Positions 1 to 9,621 of a DNA stretch of 64,000 nucleotides are shown here, piece by piece. The notes below the pieces were generated by a model. It ran no database searches, was not told where the DNA came from, and saw nothing but the letters and a program-made list of their open reading frames with translations. Every line of letters starts with the position of its first letter. The stretch's first letter is position 1. The stretch comes from Candidatus Poribacteria bacterium (lineage in GTDB: Bacteria; Poribacteria; WGA-4E; PCPOR2b), in contig OZ244587.1 of NCBI GenBank assembly GCA_965218095.1, forward strand, positions 3,936,001-4,000,000. The letters run 5' to 3'. Position numbers and translations under genes: made by a program.

Positions 1-13
1 TTTTCTTGAAGGA

Positions 14-373
14 TTGTTGGGCCAAGATAGAGCAACCGAAGTTCAATCTTTTTTCCAATCAATTGATTGGAGTACAATCTCCATGACGGATTTTTCTCTT
101 CATTCAGTCGGTATTATCCTGTTCAAGTTGAAGAAGTTTGCACTTTTTATCTCATTCATGGAGGATATCCTTGTTAATGATGTCGATATCCTCTCATTGG
201 ATCCAGAAGATCTTAAGACATTAAACCAGTTAGCTCAGAAATTCAACCTTGATTTTGATGACGCCTACCAATATGCTGTCGCCGAGGAATATGACCTACA
301 ACTCATCAGTTTTGATAAGGATTTTGATCAAACAGATAGAGAACGAAAGGAGCCCGCCGAGCTGCTAAAATGA
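14..373 (+). CDS. PIN-domain (VapC-like) ribonuclease, probably 5'-truncated by the window edge
   Basis: C-terminal PIN motifs LDFDDAYQYAVA and LISFDKDFD; stop overlaps the methylase ATG (ATGA). Confidence 0.8.
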   Translation: MLGQDRATEVQSFFQSIDWSTISMTDFSLHSVGIILFKLKKFALFISFMEDILVNDVDILSLDPEDLKTLNQLAQKFNLDFDDAYQYAVAEEYDLQLISFDKDFDQTDRERKEPAELLK

Positions 374-3117
374 AACGCTTTATTGAAGAAACCTTCCCCG
401 TCAAAGAAGTCAGCGAAGAATCCGCTCGTGAAAAAAACATACGACACGGAAACATTTCTACCCTCCATATCTGGTGGGCGCGGCGACCACTTGCCTCATC
501 ACGTGCGACCGCCTACGCCGCCCTGACCCCTACGCCGGAGAACACCGACGAGTGGAGCCGCAAACGGGATTTTATCATCAATCTCTCGAAGTGGGAAAAT
601 TCCCTTAATCCCCACCTCATTGAACGGGCGCGGCAGGACATCCTCGAAGCAAACGACGGTGTGCCCCCAAAGGTTCTCGATCCCTTTGGGGGCGGCGGGG
701 CGATTCCGCTGGAGGCGCTTCGGCTTGGATGTGAAACCTACTCCAACGACCTCAACCCTGTTGCTGTCCTGATGCAGAAGTGCACGCTCGAATACCCGCA
801 GAAGTACGGTATGAGGAAGACGGGTAATGAATTACCCATCTACAAACCTGAAAATGAAGGAATACTCTTTGGTGAGGCAACGAAAAATCCCTCCGGTGAA
901 GCACCGAGAGTCCGGAGCGACTTGCTCGAAGATGTCAAGAAATGGGGTGCGTGGACACTCGCGGAAGCGAAAGTAGAACTGGAGAGATTTTATCCCGAAG
1001 AGAAGGACGGTGCAATCCCGGTCGGCTATATTTGGGCGAGAACGATTCCGTGTCAGAATCCGTCCTGTGGTACGGAAATTCCGCTAATGCGTCGATTCTG
1101 GCTGGCAAACAAGGCGAAAAAGAAGGTTGCCCTTTATCCTGACGTTGAGAACGACGAGGTGAATTTTAAGATTGTCGGCGATGGCTACGAACCGATGCCG
1201 ATTGGTTTTGACCCGACTAGGGGCACCGTTTCACGCGCTGTGGCGGTGTGCCACGTCTGCAGTGGGCCGGTAGAAGCGAAGTTGACGCGACAGTTGTTTC
1301 AGGATGGGAGTGCGGGAGAGCGGATGGTTGCCGTTGTAACACACACACCGGGCACAACGGGAAAACGTTATCGCGTGGCGACGGATGCCGACCTTGCCCT
1401 CTTTTGGGAAGCCGAGGCGTACCTTGCGGAGAAGCGGGAGAAGTTGACGTTAGAATGGGGTATGGATGCGGTGCCGGATGAGCCTACACCAGAAGGAAAA
1501 GGAAGCGGGGCTGAAAGAGCATTTTCTGTTCAGAACTACGGAATGAACACATGGGGCGACCTCTTCAACGCAAGGCAGAAATTGGCGTTGATTACGTTTG
1601 TGGAGAAGGTGAAGGCGGCGTATCAAAAGATGGTGGCGGAAGGGGTTGATGGGGAGTATGCGAAGGCGGTGGTGAGTTATTTGGCACTATGTATAAGCCG
1701 TTGTTCAGATTTTGAGAGCACACTTGTTACGTGGTTGAACCATGTGGAAAATTCAGGCCATACGTTTACAAGACAAGCAATTCCAATGGTGTGGGATTTT
1801 TTTGAACTCAACTTATTCTCGCCTGTTTCTCAAGGAACTTTTTACAGCATGTCCCGACAAATCTTGCGGACAATAGAGATTTTGGGACAGACTAAATATC
1901 CATTCGCTGGATTAACCACCCAAGCCTCAGCAACCTCCCTCCCCTATCCTAGTAATTTCTTTAATGCGGTCTTCACCGATCCGCCATACTACGACAACGT
2001 GCCGTATTCGTATCTCTCCGATTTCTTCTACGTTTGGCTCAAGCGAATGTTGGCCGATGTCTATCCCGAACTCTTCTCCACACCGTTGACACCCAAGAGA
2101 AACGAGATTGTCGCCTATTCGCACGGCGTAGGCGGTTTTGAGGAGGGCAAACGGTTCTTTGAGGAGTCGCTCAAGCTGTCTTTCCAAGAAATCCACCGCG
2201 TATTGAAACCGAACAGTGTTGCCGTTATCGTCTACGCGCATAAATCCACAGAGGGATGGGAAACATTGATTAACTCCCTACTCGATTCTGGGCTGATTGT
2301 GACCGGCGCGTGGCCACTGGATACGGAGATGAAAGGGCGTCTTCGTGCTCGAGAATCCGCTGCCCTCGCGTCCTCTATCTACATCGTCGCCCGGAAGATG
2401 GAACGTCAACCCACCGGTTTCTACAACGAAGTCAAAGCGGAGATGACAACGCATCTCAACGCCAAACTTCACCGACTCTGGGAGGAAGGTCTGGGCGGGG
2501 CGGACTTCTTCATCGCCGCCATCGGCTCCGCCATTGAGATCTTTGGTAAATATGAGAAGGTTATGGATTTTGAAGGGGAGATCATCCGCGCTGATCGGCT
2601 GCTTGACGATGTGCGAGAGATTGCCACCGATTACGCGGTGCGGCAGATTCTGCACAATGGATTTGCCGGTGAAATTTCCGACCTCACTCGTTTCTATGTC
2701 CTCTGGCGGTGGGAGTACGGCGAAGCACGCGTCCATTTTGACGAAGCACGGAAGTTGGCGCAGTCCTGTGGTGTTGACCTCGCCCAGGAATGGGGCAGCA
2801 AGGGTTTCATCGTGAAAGAGAAGGCGTTTATCCGCCTCCTCGGACCACAGTCCCGGAAGATAGACGACCTCAAAGACGCAGGAGAGTTGATTGACGTGTT
2901 GCACCATGTCTTGCTCCTATGGGAAAAGAGCCAACGAGATGAAATGATTCGCGTCCTCGCACAAAGCGGCTACGGAGACAGCGAGGCGTTCTATCGCGTC
3001 GCGCAAGCCATCTCCGAAACGCTGCCCATCGAGAGCAGAGAGAAAAAGCTGTTAGATGGTTTCCTCGCCGGTCGTGAAAGGGTCAGAGACGAGATGAGAC
3101 AAGGACGATTCTTCTAG
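370..3117 (+). CDS. DUF1156-domain adenine-specific DNA methyltransferase
   Basis: N-terminal LHIWWARRPLA (DUF1156), motif I DPFGGGG, Cys pairs CQNPSC...CHVC, motif IV TDPPY. Confidence 0.9.
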   Translation: MKRFIEETFPVKEVSEESAREKNIRHGNISTLHIWWARRPLASSRATAYAALTPTPENTDEWSRKRDFIINLSKWENSLNPHLIERARQDILEANDGVPPKVLDPFGGGGAIPLEALRLGCETYSNDLNPVAVLMQKCTLEYPQKYGMRKTGNELPIYKPENEGILFGEATKNPSGEAPRVRSDLLEDVKKWGAWTLAEAKVELERFYPEEKDGAIPVGYIWARTIPCQNPSCGTEIPLMRRFWLANKAKKKVALYPDVENDEVNFKIVGDGYEPMPIGFDPTRGTVSRAVAVCHVCSGPVEAKLTRQLFQDGSAGERMVAVVTHTPGTTGKRYRVATDADLALFWEAEAYLAEKREKLTLEWGMDAVPDEPTPEGKGSGAERAFSVQNYGMNTWGDLFNARQKLALITFVEKVKAAYQKMVAEGVDGEYAKAVVSYLALCISRCSDFESTLVTWLNHVENSGHTFTRQAIPMVWDFFELNLFSPVSQGTFYSMSRQILRTIEILGQTKYPFAGLTTQASATSLPYPSNFFNAVFTDPPYYDNVPYSYLSDFFYVWLKRMLADVYPELFSTPLTPKRNEIVAYSHGVGGFEEGKRFFEESLKLSFQEIHRVLKPNSVAVIVYAHKSTEGWETLINSLLDSGLIVTGAWPLDTEMKGRLRARESAALASSIYIVARKMERQPTGFYNEVKAEMTTHLNAKLHRLWEEGLGGADFFIAAIGSAIEIFGKYEKVMDFEGEIIRADRLLDDVREIATDYAVRQILHNGFAGEISDLTRFYVLWRWEYGEARVHFDEARKLAQSCGVDLAQEWGSKGFIVKEKAFIRLLGPQSRKIDDLKDAGELIDVLHHVLLLWEKSQRDEMIRVLAQSGYGDSEAFYRVAQAISETLPIESREKKLLDGFLAGRERVRDEMRQGRFF

Positions 3118-3211
3118 GTTCGTAGTAGGTCTCGGACTCTCGGTCGTAGACCGGAGGCGATTTATCGCCCGTCCGTGTCAACAACGCGCAATCAATTGCG
3201 CTACTACAAAT
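3118..3211. repeat. GTAG-type REP doublet (REPIN-like)
   Basis: Ends gtagtag...ctactac; right arm acgcgcaatcaattgcgctactac matches the reverse complement of gtagtagcgcaattcattgcgcgt at 47051 with one mismatch. Confidence 0.65.
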
Positions 3212-3241
3212 CCCAAGCACTTTATCTAAGGAGAAAAGCGA

Positions 3242-3415
3242 ATGATTCCATTCCACACAATTGCTGTGCCCCACCGCGACATCTTAGAAGGCAGACTCAC
3301 GCTAGACGTATTCGCGGCAGACCTGTGGGAAGTGTTCAAAGGTCGAGCACCGGACGAATACAAGGATACCAAGCAGTTTTTCGAGAAAACTTATAGAAGG
3401 GGATGGACAAAATGA
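3242..3415 (+). pseudogene. 57-aa stub duplicating the N-terminus of the DUF499 ATPase (not in ORF track)
   Basis: Reads MIPFHTIAVPHRDILEGRLTLDVFAADLWEVFKGRAPDEYKDTKQFFEKTYRRGWTK*; same RBS aaggagaaaagcga at 3228 and 4034. Confidence 0.9.
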
Positions 3416-3723
3416 ATCCGGCAATTCTTACCAAACGCGAGATTAAACAGAGGCTTCTGAGCCACCGGAACACGCTGAAAGAATACGGTGTGAAACGGCT
3501 TGGACTTTTCGGCTCTTATGTCAAAAGCACCACCGTTCATAGAGGTAGTGATATAGACCTGCTTGTAGAATTTGAGGAACTGTCATTCGATCAGTACATG
3601 GGGCTGCGTATTTTTCTTGAGGATCTTTTTGAGAAAAAGATTGACCTCGTCATCGCCGATTCGGTCAGACCGCGCTTGAAGCCTCGTATCGAAAAGGAAG
3701 TGGAGTATGTCGCGGGACTATGA
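3403..3723 (+). CDS. Minimal nucleotidyltransferase (MNT) antitoxin; start may be 3412
   Basis: LFGSY...GSDIDLLVEF nucleotidyltransferase motif; paired with HEPN gene. Confidence 0.9.
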   Translation: MDKMNPAILTKREIKQRLLSHRNTLKEYGVKRLGLFGSYVKSTTVHRGSDIDLLVEFEELSFDQYMGLRIFLEDLFEKKIDLVIADSVRPRLKPRIEKEVEYVAGL

Positions 3724-4051
3724 CATCTACCTCGAAGATATATTAGAAGCAATAGATCGGATTCAAGAGTACATGCAGGGAGTCAACCGCGCAGCGTTTG
3801 AAACCGATCGGATGCGGTTTGACGCAGTCATCCGAAACCTTGAAGTTATCGGTGAAGCCGTCAAACAGGTGCCTGATTCCGTTCGAGAAAAGCATCCAAG
3901 TGTTGAGTGGCGGAAGATTGCTGGGTTAAGAGACATCCTCATTCACAAATATTTCAACATCAACATTGAGATTGTCTGGGATGTGGTGCAATCGAATATT
4001 CCGATTTTGAAGATGGAGATTCAACAGATCACCAAGGAGAAAAGCGAATGA
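3707..4051 (+). CDS. HEPN (DUF86, HepT-like) ribonuclease toxin
   Basis: R-x4-H-x-Y motif RDILIHKY; RNLEVIGEA; overlaps both neighbours. Confidence 0.9.
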   Translation: MSRDYDIYLEDILEAIDRIQEYMQGVNRAAFETDRMRFDAVIRNLEVIGEAVKQVPDSVREKHPSVEWRKIAGLRDILIHKYFNINIEIVWDVVQSNIPILKMEIQQITKEKSE

Positions 4052-6591
4052 TTCCATTTCACACAATTGCTGTGCCCCACCGCGACATCTTAGAAGGCAG
4101 ACTCACGCTAAACGTATTCGCGGCAGACCTATGGGAAGTGTTCAGAGGCGCAGCGCCAGATGAATACAAAGACCCCACACAATTCTTCCAGAAAACATAT
4201 CAGACCGATGGACTCAAAAACCTGCTTTCGATTGTTGAAGGGAGGCTTAATGGTCGGGGCGGCGATCCGGTGATTCAGATCCAGACCCCCTTCGGCGGCG
4301 GTAAAACCCACGCGCTGATTGCGATGTATCACAAAGCCAGTGACTGGGACGTGCAAAAAGTGGTGCTAGTCGGGACACCGATGGGCGCGTCCGACACGTT
4401 ATGGGGCATGTTGGAAAAACAGTTGACGGGCAAGGTCGCACGTTTTGATGGGTTGACTTCACCCGGTCGGGACGCGCTCTACCAATTGCTGTCAGAAAAC
4501 CAGCCCGTGCTCATCCTGATGGACGAGGTACTGGAATATATGACCAAAGCCGCTGGCGTCCGGGTAGCGGACAGCACACTTGCATCACAGACACTTGCCT
4601 TTATGCAGGAGTTGACCGAAGCCGCTGCCATTTTGGAGCAGGTCGCATTGGTCATCACCCTTCCATCGGGGACTATGGAACACTATGACCAAGGGGCAGA
4701 ACGGCTATTTAAGCAACTTGGACAGATCGCGGGACGGGTGGAGAAGATTTATACGCCAGTACAAGAGCATGAGATCGCTCAGGTCATCAGGCGACGGCTC
4801 TTCTCACAGATCGATATGAATAGCGCGAGTGAAGCGATTCGGGATTTTATGGATTACGCCGACAGAGAATCCATTCTGCCGCCCGGAACGGAGCCCTCAG
4901 AATACCGAAAACGGTTTGAGGCCGCTTATCCGTTTCAACCCGAAGCGATTGATGTCCTTTATCAGCGGTGGGGCAGTTTCCCAAGTTTTCAACGGACGCG
5001 GGGTGTGTTGCGGCTCCTGTCATTTGTGATCTATTCCCTTAAAGAGGATGCAATTCCCTATATCAGTCTGGCAGATTTTGATCTGAGCGTTCAGGAAATT
5101 CGACAGGAGTTGTTAAAGCACATCGGAGGGGAATACGACAGCGTCATCGCCGCAGACATCACGGGTGAAGACGCCGGTGCGAAAAAGGTTGATGTCGGTC
5201 TGGGAGATGCTTACAAAGGATTGAAGTTGGGCAGCCGAGCTGCGACGGCCGTTTTTCTGTACTCATTTTCAGGTGGTACAGAGAAGGGCACGAATCTTGA
5301 AGAAATTAAGCGAAGCGCGACGACAACGGGGAATCCGTCGAGTATCCTCACGGAAGCGGTTGAGGGTTTGCGGGAAAAACTGTTTTACCTACGGCACGAT
5401 GGTGGAAGAGCTTATTTCACCAACCAGCCCAACCTCAACCGAATTCTGCTGATCCGAATGGAGAATATCAACGAGCGAGTAATTGACGAGTTTGAGGAAA
5501 CAGAACTGAAAAGGAACCTCTCTGGGGGACGGCTCAAGACTTTCGTCTGGCCCAAAGATAGATCGGACATTCCAGACAACACCGATCTGAAGTTGGTAAT
5601 CCTCAAGGAGCGCGACGACCCCCTGATGAAAGATACGCTGGAAACGAAGGGAAATACGCCTAGGGTGAACCGAAACACGCTTTTCTTTCTCGCACCGCTG
5701 GAACGCGAAGGGGCCGGGTTTTATAGTCAACTGCGAAAGATCATCGCCTACCGAGCCATTAGAGGCGACAAAACGCTGAATCTCTCTGTTGAACAACAGA
5801 AGGAGGTTCGGACCGAACTGAAAAAGGCGGAAGATGGGTTGGATGATGCGTTGTGTCGATATTACCGAACCGTGTTCGTTCTGGCAAGCGATGGTCTCAA
5901 AGAAAACGATTTGGGGCTTCCAACCTACGGTGTGCCGAAGATACTTGACGAAGCCGTATATGATAAACTGAAATCAGATGGAGTGGTTCTTGAACGTATT
6001 CATCCATTTGTGATTAAGGAGCGGTATCTTAAAACCAACGAATCTGTTTCCACTGAACAGCTCTATCAATCCAGTGCAAAGACACCGGGGGAATCGCGAG
6101 TCACCGGTCGCAGCGCATGGGAATCGGGAATTCGTGAAGGGGTGGAACAGGGGTTGTTCGGACTTGGGGAACTAGAAGACGGAAAACCGGTCTGCCGATA
6201 TTTCAAGGAGCGTCCATCCTCAATTGCCCTTTCTGCGAATGAAGTGATTATCCGAGAGGACATCTGTATCGCCCAGGAGGAAGCGGAAAAAGAAAAGGAA
6301 AAATCACCGGAGCCTCTCTATTCCCCCGGTGGCAGTACCAAAACGAAAATCGTAGAACCACCAGTCCCGGAGCCACCGTCGCCGCCAGATGGACGCGACA
6401 GCGTTCGTCTGAAGTTCACAATCCCGAAAGGAAAGGTGTCAGGACTCATGGGCGTGATGAACCTGCTGCAATCGAATTTCGATAGCCTTCAAATTGAGTT
6501 ACTGGCGACGGAGGGGCAGATGTCAGATCAGGATTACGAAGATAAAATCAAAGAGGCGTTTGTGCAATTGGGAATCGATCCGGAGGAATAA
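4048..6591 (+). CDS. DUF499-family AAA+ ATPase
   Basis: Walker A TPFGGGKTH, Walker B LILMDE, family motifs YPFQP and FQRTRGVLRLL. Confidence 0.9.
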   Translation: MIPFHTIAVPHRDILEGRLTLNVFAADLWEVFRGAAPDEYKDPTQFFQKTYQTDGLKNLLSIVEGRLNGRGGDPVIQIQTPFGGGKTHALIAMYHKASDWDVQKVVLVGTPMGASDTLWGMLEKQLTGKVARFDGLTSPGRDALYQLLSENQPVLILMDEVLEYMTKAAGVRVADSTLASQTLAFMQELTEAAAILEQVALVITLPSGTMEHYDQGAERLFKQLGQIAGRVEKIYTPVQEHEIAQVIRRRLFSQIDMNSASEAIRDFMDYADRESILPPGTEPSEYRKRFEAAYPFQPEAIDVLYQRWGSFPSFQRTRGVLRLLSFVIYSLKEDAIPYISLADFDLSVQEIRQELLKHIGGEYDSVIAADITGEDAGAKKVDVGLGDAYKGLKLGSRAATAVFLYSFSGGTEKGTNLEEIKRSATTTGNPSSILTEAVEGLREKLFYLRHDGGRAYFTNQPNLNRILLIRMENINERVIDEFEETELKRNLSGGRLKTFVWPKDRSDIPDNTDLKLVILKERDDPLMKDTLETKGNTPRVNRNTLFFLAPLEREGAGFYSQLRKIIAYRAIRGDKTLNLSVEQQKEVRTELKKAEDGLDDALCRYYRTVFVLASDGLKENDLGLPTYGVPKILDEAVYDKLKSDGVVLERIHPFVIKERYLKTNESVSTEQLYQSSAKTPGESRVTGRSAWESGIREGVEQGLFGLGELEDGKPVCRYFKERPSSIALSANEVIIREDICIAQEEAEKEKEKSPEPLYSPGGSTKTKIVEPPVPEPPSPPDGRDSVRLKFTIPKGKVSGLMGVMNLLQSNFDSLQIELLATEGQMSDQDYEDKIKEAFVQLGIDPEE

Positions 6592-6669
6592 AACTTCAGG
6601 GGACTGTTTCCGAGAGCGTGCTCGGAAAATGGTTCTTCGCGCCACGAAAAAGACGAGAAGGAGAAAGTT

Positions 6670-7065
6670 ATGCCAACCGCTTTTGAAGCAATTGACAGGT
6701 GGATTGACGAGGCACACGCCAAACTGGAAAATGGTGGGCTTCAGACAAGGGATCTGGATCGACTTCATCAGATTATCAACACAAATCAGTTGCATACGCG
6801 ACAACGGCTGCTCTATCTCCATACGGCGACACCGGGCATCCGTTCTCAAGTCATCGGCATGGCGCTGCATGAACCGACGCCCGGCTCAGTGACGGAGATT
6901 ACGACGGAGGGTCACGAATGGTCTTATAATACCGTACACGATGCCATCTTGGACGGGTGGCAGGTCATTCATTTCCCGGATCAGCAGACTGACTTTGACG
7001 ACCGGGAAATTGACATCTTGGGCTACGAATTTATCCTACAAAAATTGGAGGTTTACAATGGCTGA
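6670..7065 (+). CDS. Hypothetical protein coupled to a PhyH dioxygenase
   Basis: RBS aaggag, 131 aa, overlaps next start. Confidence 0.7.
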   Translation: MPTAFEAIDRWIDEAHAKLENGGLQTRDLDRLHQIINTNQLHTRQRLLYLHTATPGIRSQVIGMALHEPTPGSVTEITTEGHEWSYNTVHDAILDGWQVIHFPDQQTDFDDREIDILGYEFILQKLEVYNG

Positions 7066-7813
7066 CAAGCCGTACCTCTTGACCGACGACGAAACCATCT
7101 CTTTTATCATTCGCGGTTACCACATCGTTGAGGCGGATTTCCCCGAAGGCTTCAACGAGTCGATTTACGAAGAACTTGAAGGCTTAGATATTTTGCAGGA
7201 CAATCCGGGCGATGCAATTCTTGACCGCGTCCCCAAGCTCTATCAGGTCTACGACCATCCCAAAATGCGTGGGGCGTTGGTGAGTCTGCTCGGCGAAGAT
7301 GTCCAGATGAACAGCCATCGGCATTGCCACGTCAACCCGCCCGGCACACGGAGCCAGTCATGGCATCAAGACGGAACAAACAAGCGGCGCCACCAGATTC
7401 AAACCGTCCTGGCAATGTATTATCCGCAGGATGTGACTGCGGAATTAGGACCCACTGTAATCATGCCCGGGACGCACTTCCGCAACGCTCCGACCGACCG
7501 CATGGCGACCTACGCCAACTTCCGCGAGCAGGTTGTGCTTGCGGTCAAGGCGGGGACGGTGGCGATTACGCACTACGACATCTGGCACGCCGCCACCGCG
7601 AATTGTGGCGATCAGACACGGTACATGCTGAAGTTCCTCTTCAGTCGTGGGATCGAGCCAAAGGCGCCGAGTTGGAACTACCATCCGGAGAAAGCTGCCG
7701 CCTCGATACGTCGCTTTACCTTCGAGCGGGCATGCGCCTGTTCCCAATCCGATCATTACAAGGAACGCGGGTTGCGTATGGAGATGTGGAATCACTTAAT
7801 CGGCAAGACGTAA
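7058..7813 (+). CDS. Phytanoyl-CoA dioxygenase (PhyH) family Fe(II)/2OG dioxygenase
   Basis: WHQD HxD motif, GPTVIMPGTH, distal IWHA; start at MADKPY after RBS ggagg. Confidence 0.85.
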   Translation: MADKPYLLTDDETISFIIRGYHIVEADFPEGFNESIYEELEGLDILQDNPGDAILDRVPKLYQVYDHPKMRGALVSLLGEDVQMNSHRHCHVNPPGTRSQSWHQDGTNKRRHQIQTVLAMYYPQDVTAELGPTVIMPGTHFRNAPTDRMATYANFREQVVLAVKAGTVAITHYDIWHAATANCGDQTRYMLKFLFSRGIEPKAPSWNYHPEKAAASIRRFTFERACACSQSDHYKERGLRMEMWNHLIGKT

Positions 7814-7993
7814 TGATAGCATTTCGGATTACGCTGTTAACCGTGGAGGACTTTACGGGAAGGGTTTATAGTATCTTGCCGATATCAGGCTCTGTTGACG
7901 AACTCGGGGAAATGTGCCCCCAATCTCCGATTGGGGATGCAAGTTGAGCGAAGCGAAATCCTGATCTATCGGAGCAACGGAAAGGATGATTAT

Positions 7994-9571
7994 ATGGGTA
8001 CGAAGATGAATTTTACTTCAAAAGTTCCGCAACGGACCTATGCGGCCACACTGGATGAGCAACTGGAACAACTGAAAACGGATGCGCTGATGCTACGATT
8101 CGCTGAGTCGCGCAAAAGGCTGTCATCCGATCCCTGCCGTCCTGTCTACCATTACGTCAATCCCGAGGGGAATCTGAATGACCCAAACGGACTGTGCTAC
8201 TGGCAGGGGCAGTGGCACCTGTTTTACCAGGCGTATCCGCCGGAAGACCCGCGCCAGCACTGGGGCCACGCCGTCAGCAATGACCTGGTGCACTGGGAGG
8301 ACCTTCCGCTGGCCATTTATCCCGGCATCGAGAGGTGTTGTTATAGCGGTAGCACGCTCGTCGAGGCAGACCGCGTCATCGCCATGTACCACGGCACGCT
8401 CGCAGGCAACATGGTCGCCGTATCCGGCGACCCGCTGCTCCTCAACTGGGAGAAAATTTCTGGCAACCCGGTTATCCCCATGATGCAGCCCGACGAAATG
8501 GGATGGCCCTACCGCGTGTACGACCCCTGCATCTGGAAGGGAGAGAACGGGTACTATGCGCTGTCCGGCAGCTACTGGGAGGGGGAAATCTTTGACGACT
8601 GCCGAATGGTACAGCATCTATTTTTCTCACAAAATCTGGAACGCTGGGCCTACCTCGGGTCGTTTGTCGAGGGCGATATTTTCACCGCGCCGGGTGAGGA
8701 CGGCGCGGTCCCGTACTTCTGGCCGATCGGCGATAAACACATCCTCTTGTTCGCCAGTCACCAACGCGGCTCACAGTATCTGCTCGGCGATTACGACAAG
8801 GTGCATCACAGATTCAAACCCTTCGCGCACGGCCGCTTCAATTTTGGCCCCATCGAGCCCGGCGGCGTCCACGCCCCGTCGGCTACGCCCGATGGCAAAG
8901 GAGGCGTGTACGTCATCTACAATATCAACAGCGGCAAACCAACTCAGGGCTGGAACCACATCATGTCCCTCGTGCGTCTGCTGACTTTGCGCGAGGATAA
9001 CACGCTGGGCATCGAACCCGCCCCGGCGGTGGAATCGCTCCGATTTGACTACAAACACGTCGGGGAAACGTCCCTGCCTGCAAACCGGGAGCTTGTGCTC
9101 AAGGGCATTGAAGGGAACGCGATGGAACTCGCCGCCGAAATCGAGCCCCAAGACGCGCGCGAGATCTGCATCAATGTTCTGCGTTCGCCAGACAGCGAGG
9201 AGTATACCGCCATCAAATTCTACCGGCAGGGCCATATGCGGGTGAGTAAAGCTGGATGGGAAGGGAGGCACAAGCGAGACGCGCTGGTAATCGACTCGTC
9301 TCGCTCATCGCTGCTGCCAGACGTGCTGGCGCGTCCGCCGGAGGTGGCGCCGTTCGAGCTCGATGATGGCGAATCCCTCAAGCTACGGCTCTTCATAGAC
9401 AAGAGTGTGGTCGAAGTCTTCGCCAACGGTAGGCAATGCGTTGCCCTGCGGGTATACCCCGCACGGGTGGACAGCGTGGGCGTATCCATCCGCGCCCAGG
9501 GTAGCGATGCGGCCTTGCGCTCTCTGGAAGCGTGGCAGATGAAGCCCATCTGGCCGCATGAGAAAGATTGA
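7994..9571 (+). CDS. Glycoside hydrolase family 32-like protein
   Basis: NDPNG, WHLFYQ, WGHAVS, SGS motifs, C-terminal SVVEVFANG. Confidence 0.85.
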   Translation: MGTKMNFTSKVPQRTYAATLDEQLEQLKTDALMLRFAESRKRLSSDPCRPVYHYVNPEGNLNDPNGLCYWQGQWHLFYQAYPPEDPRQHWGHAVSNDLVHWEDLPLAIYPGIERCCYSGSTLVEADRVIAMYHGTLAGNMVAVSGDPLLLNWEKISGNPVIPMMQPDEMGWPYRVYDPCIWKGENGYYALSGSYWEGEIFDDCRMVQHLFFSQNLERWAYLGSFVEGDIFTAPGEDGAVPYFWPIGDKHILLFASHQRGSQYLLGDYDKVHHRFKPFAHGRFNFGPIEPGGVHAPSATPDGKGGVYVIYNINSGKPTQGWNHIMSLVRLLTLREDNTLGIEPAPAVESLRFDYKHVGETSLPANRELVLKGIEGNAMELAAEIEPQDAREICINVLRSPDSEEYTAIKFYRQGHMRVSKAGWEGRHKRDALVIDSSRSSLLPDVLARPPEVAPFELDDGESLKLRLFIDKSVVEVFANGRQCVALRVYPARVDSVGVSIRAQGSDAALRSLEAWQMKPIWPHEKD

Positions 9572-9621
9572 ACATAAAATACAATCACACCTTACGTTTG
9601 AATCAAGTAAGGAGAACCAAT

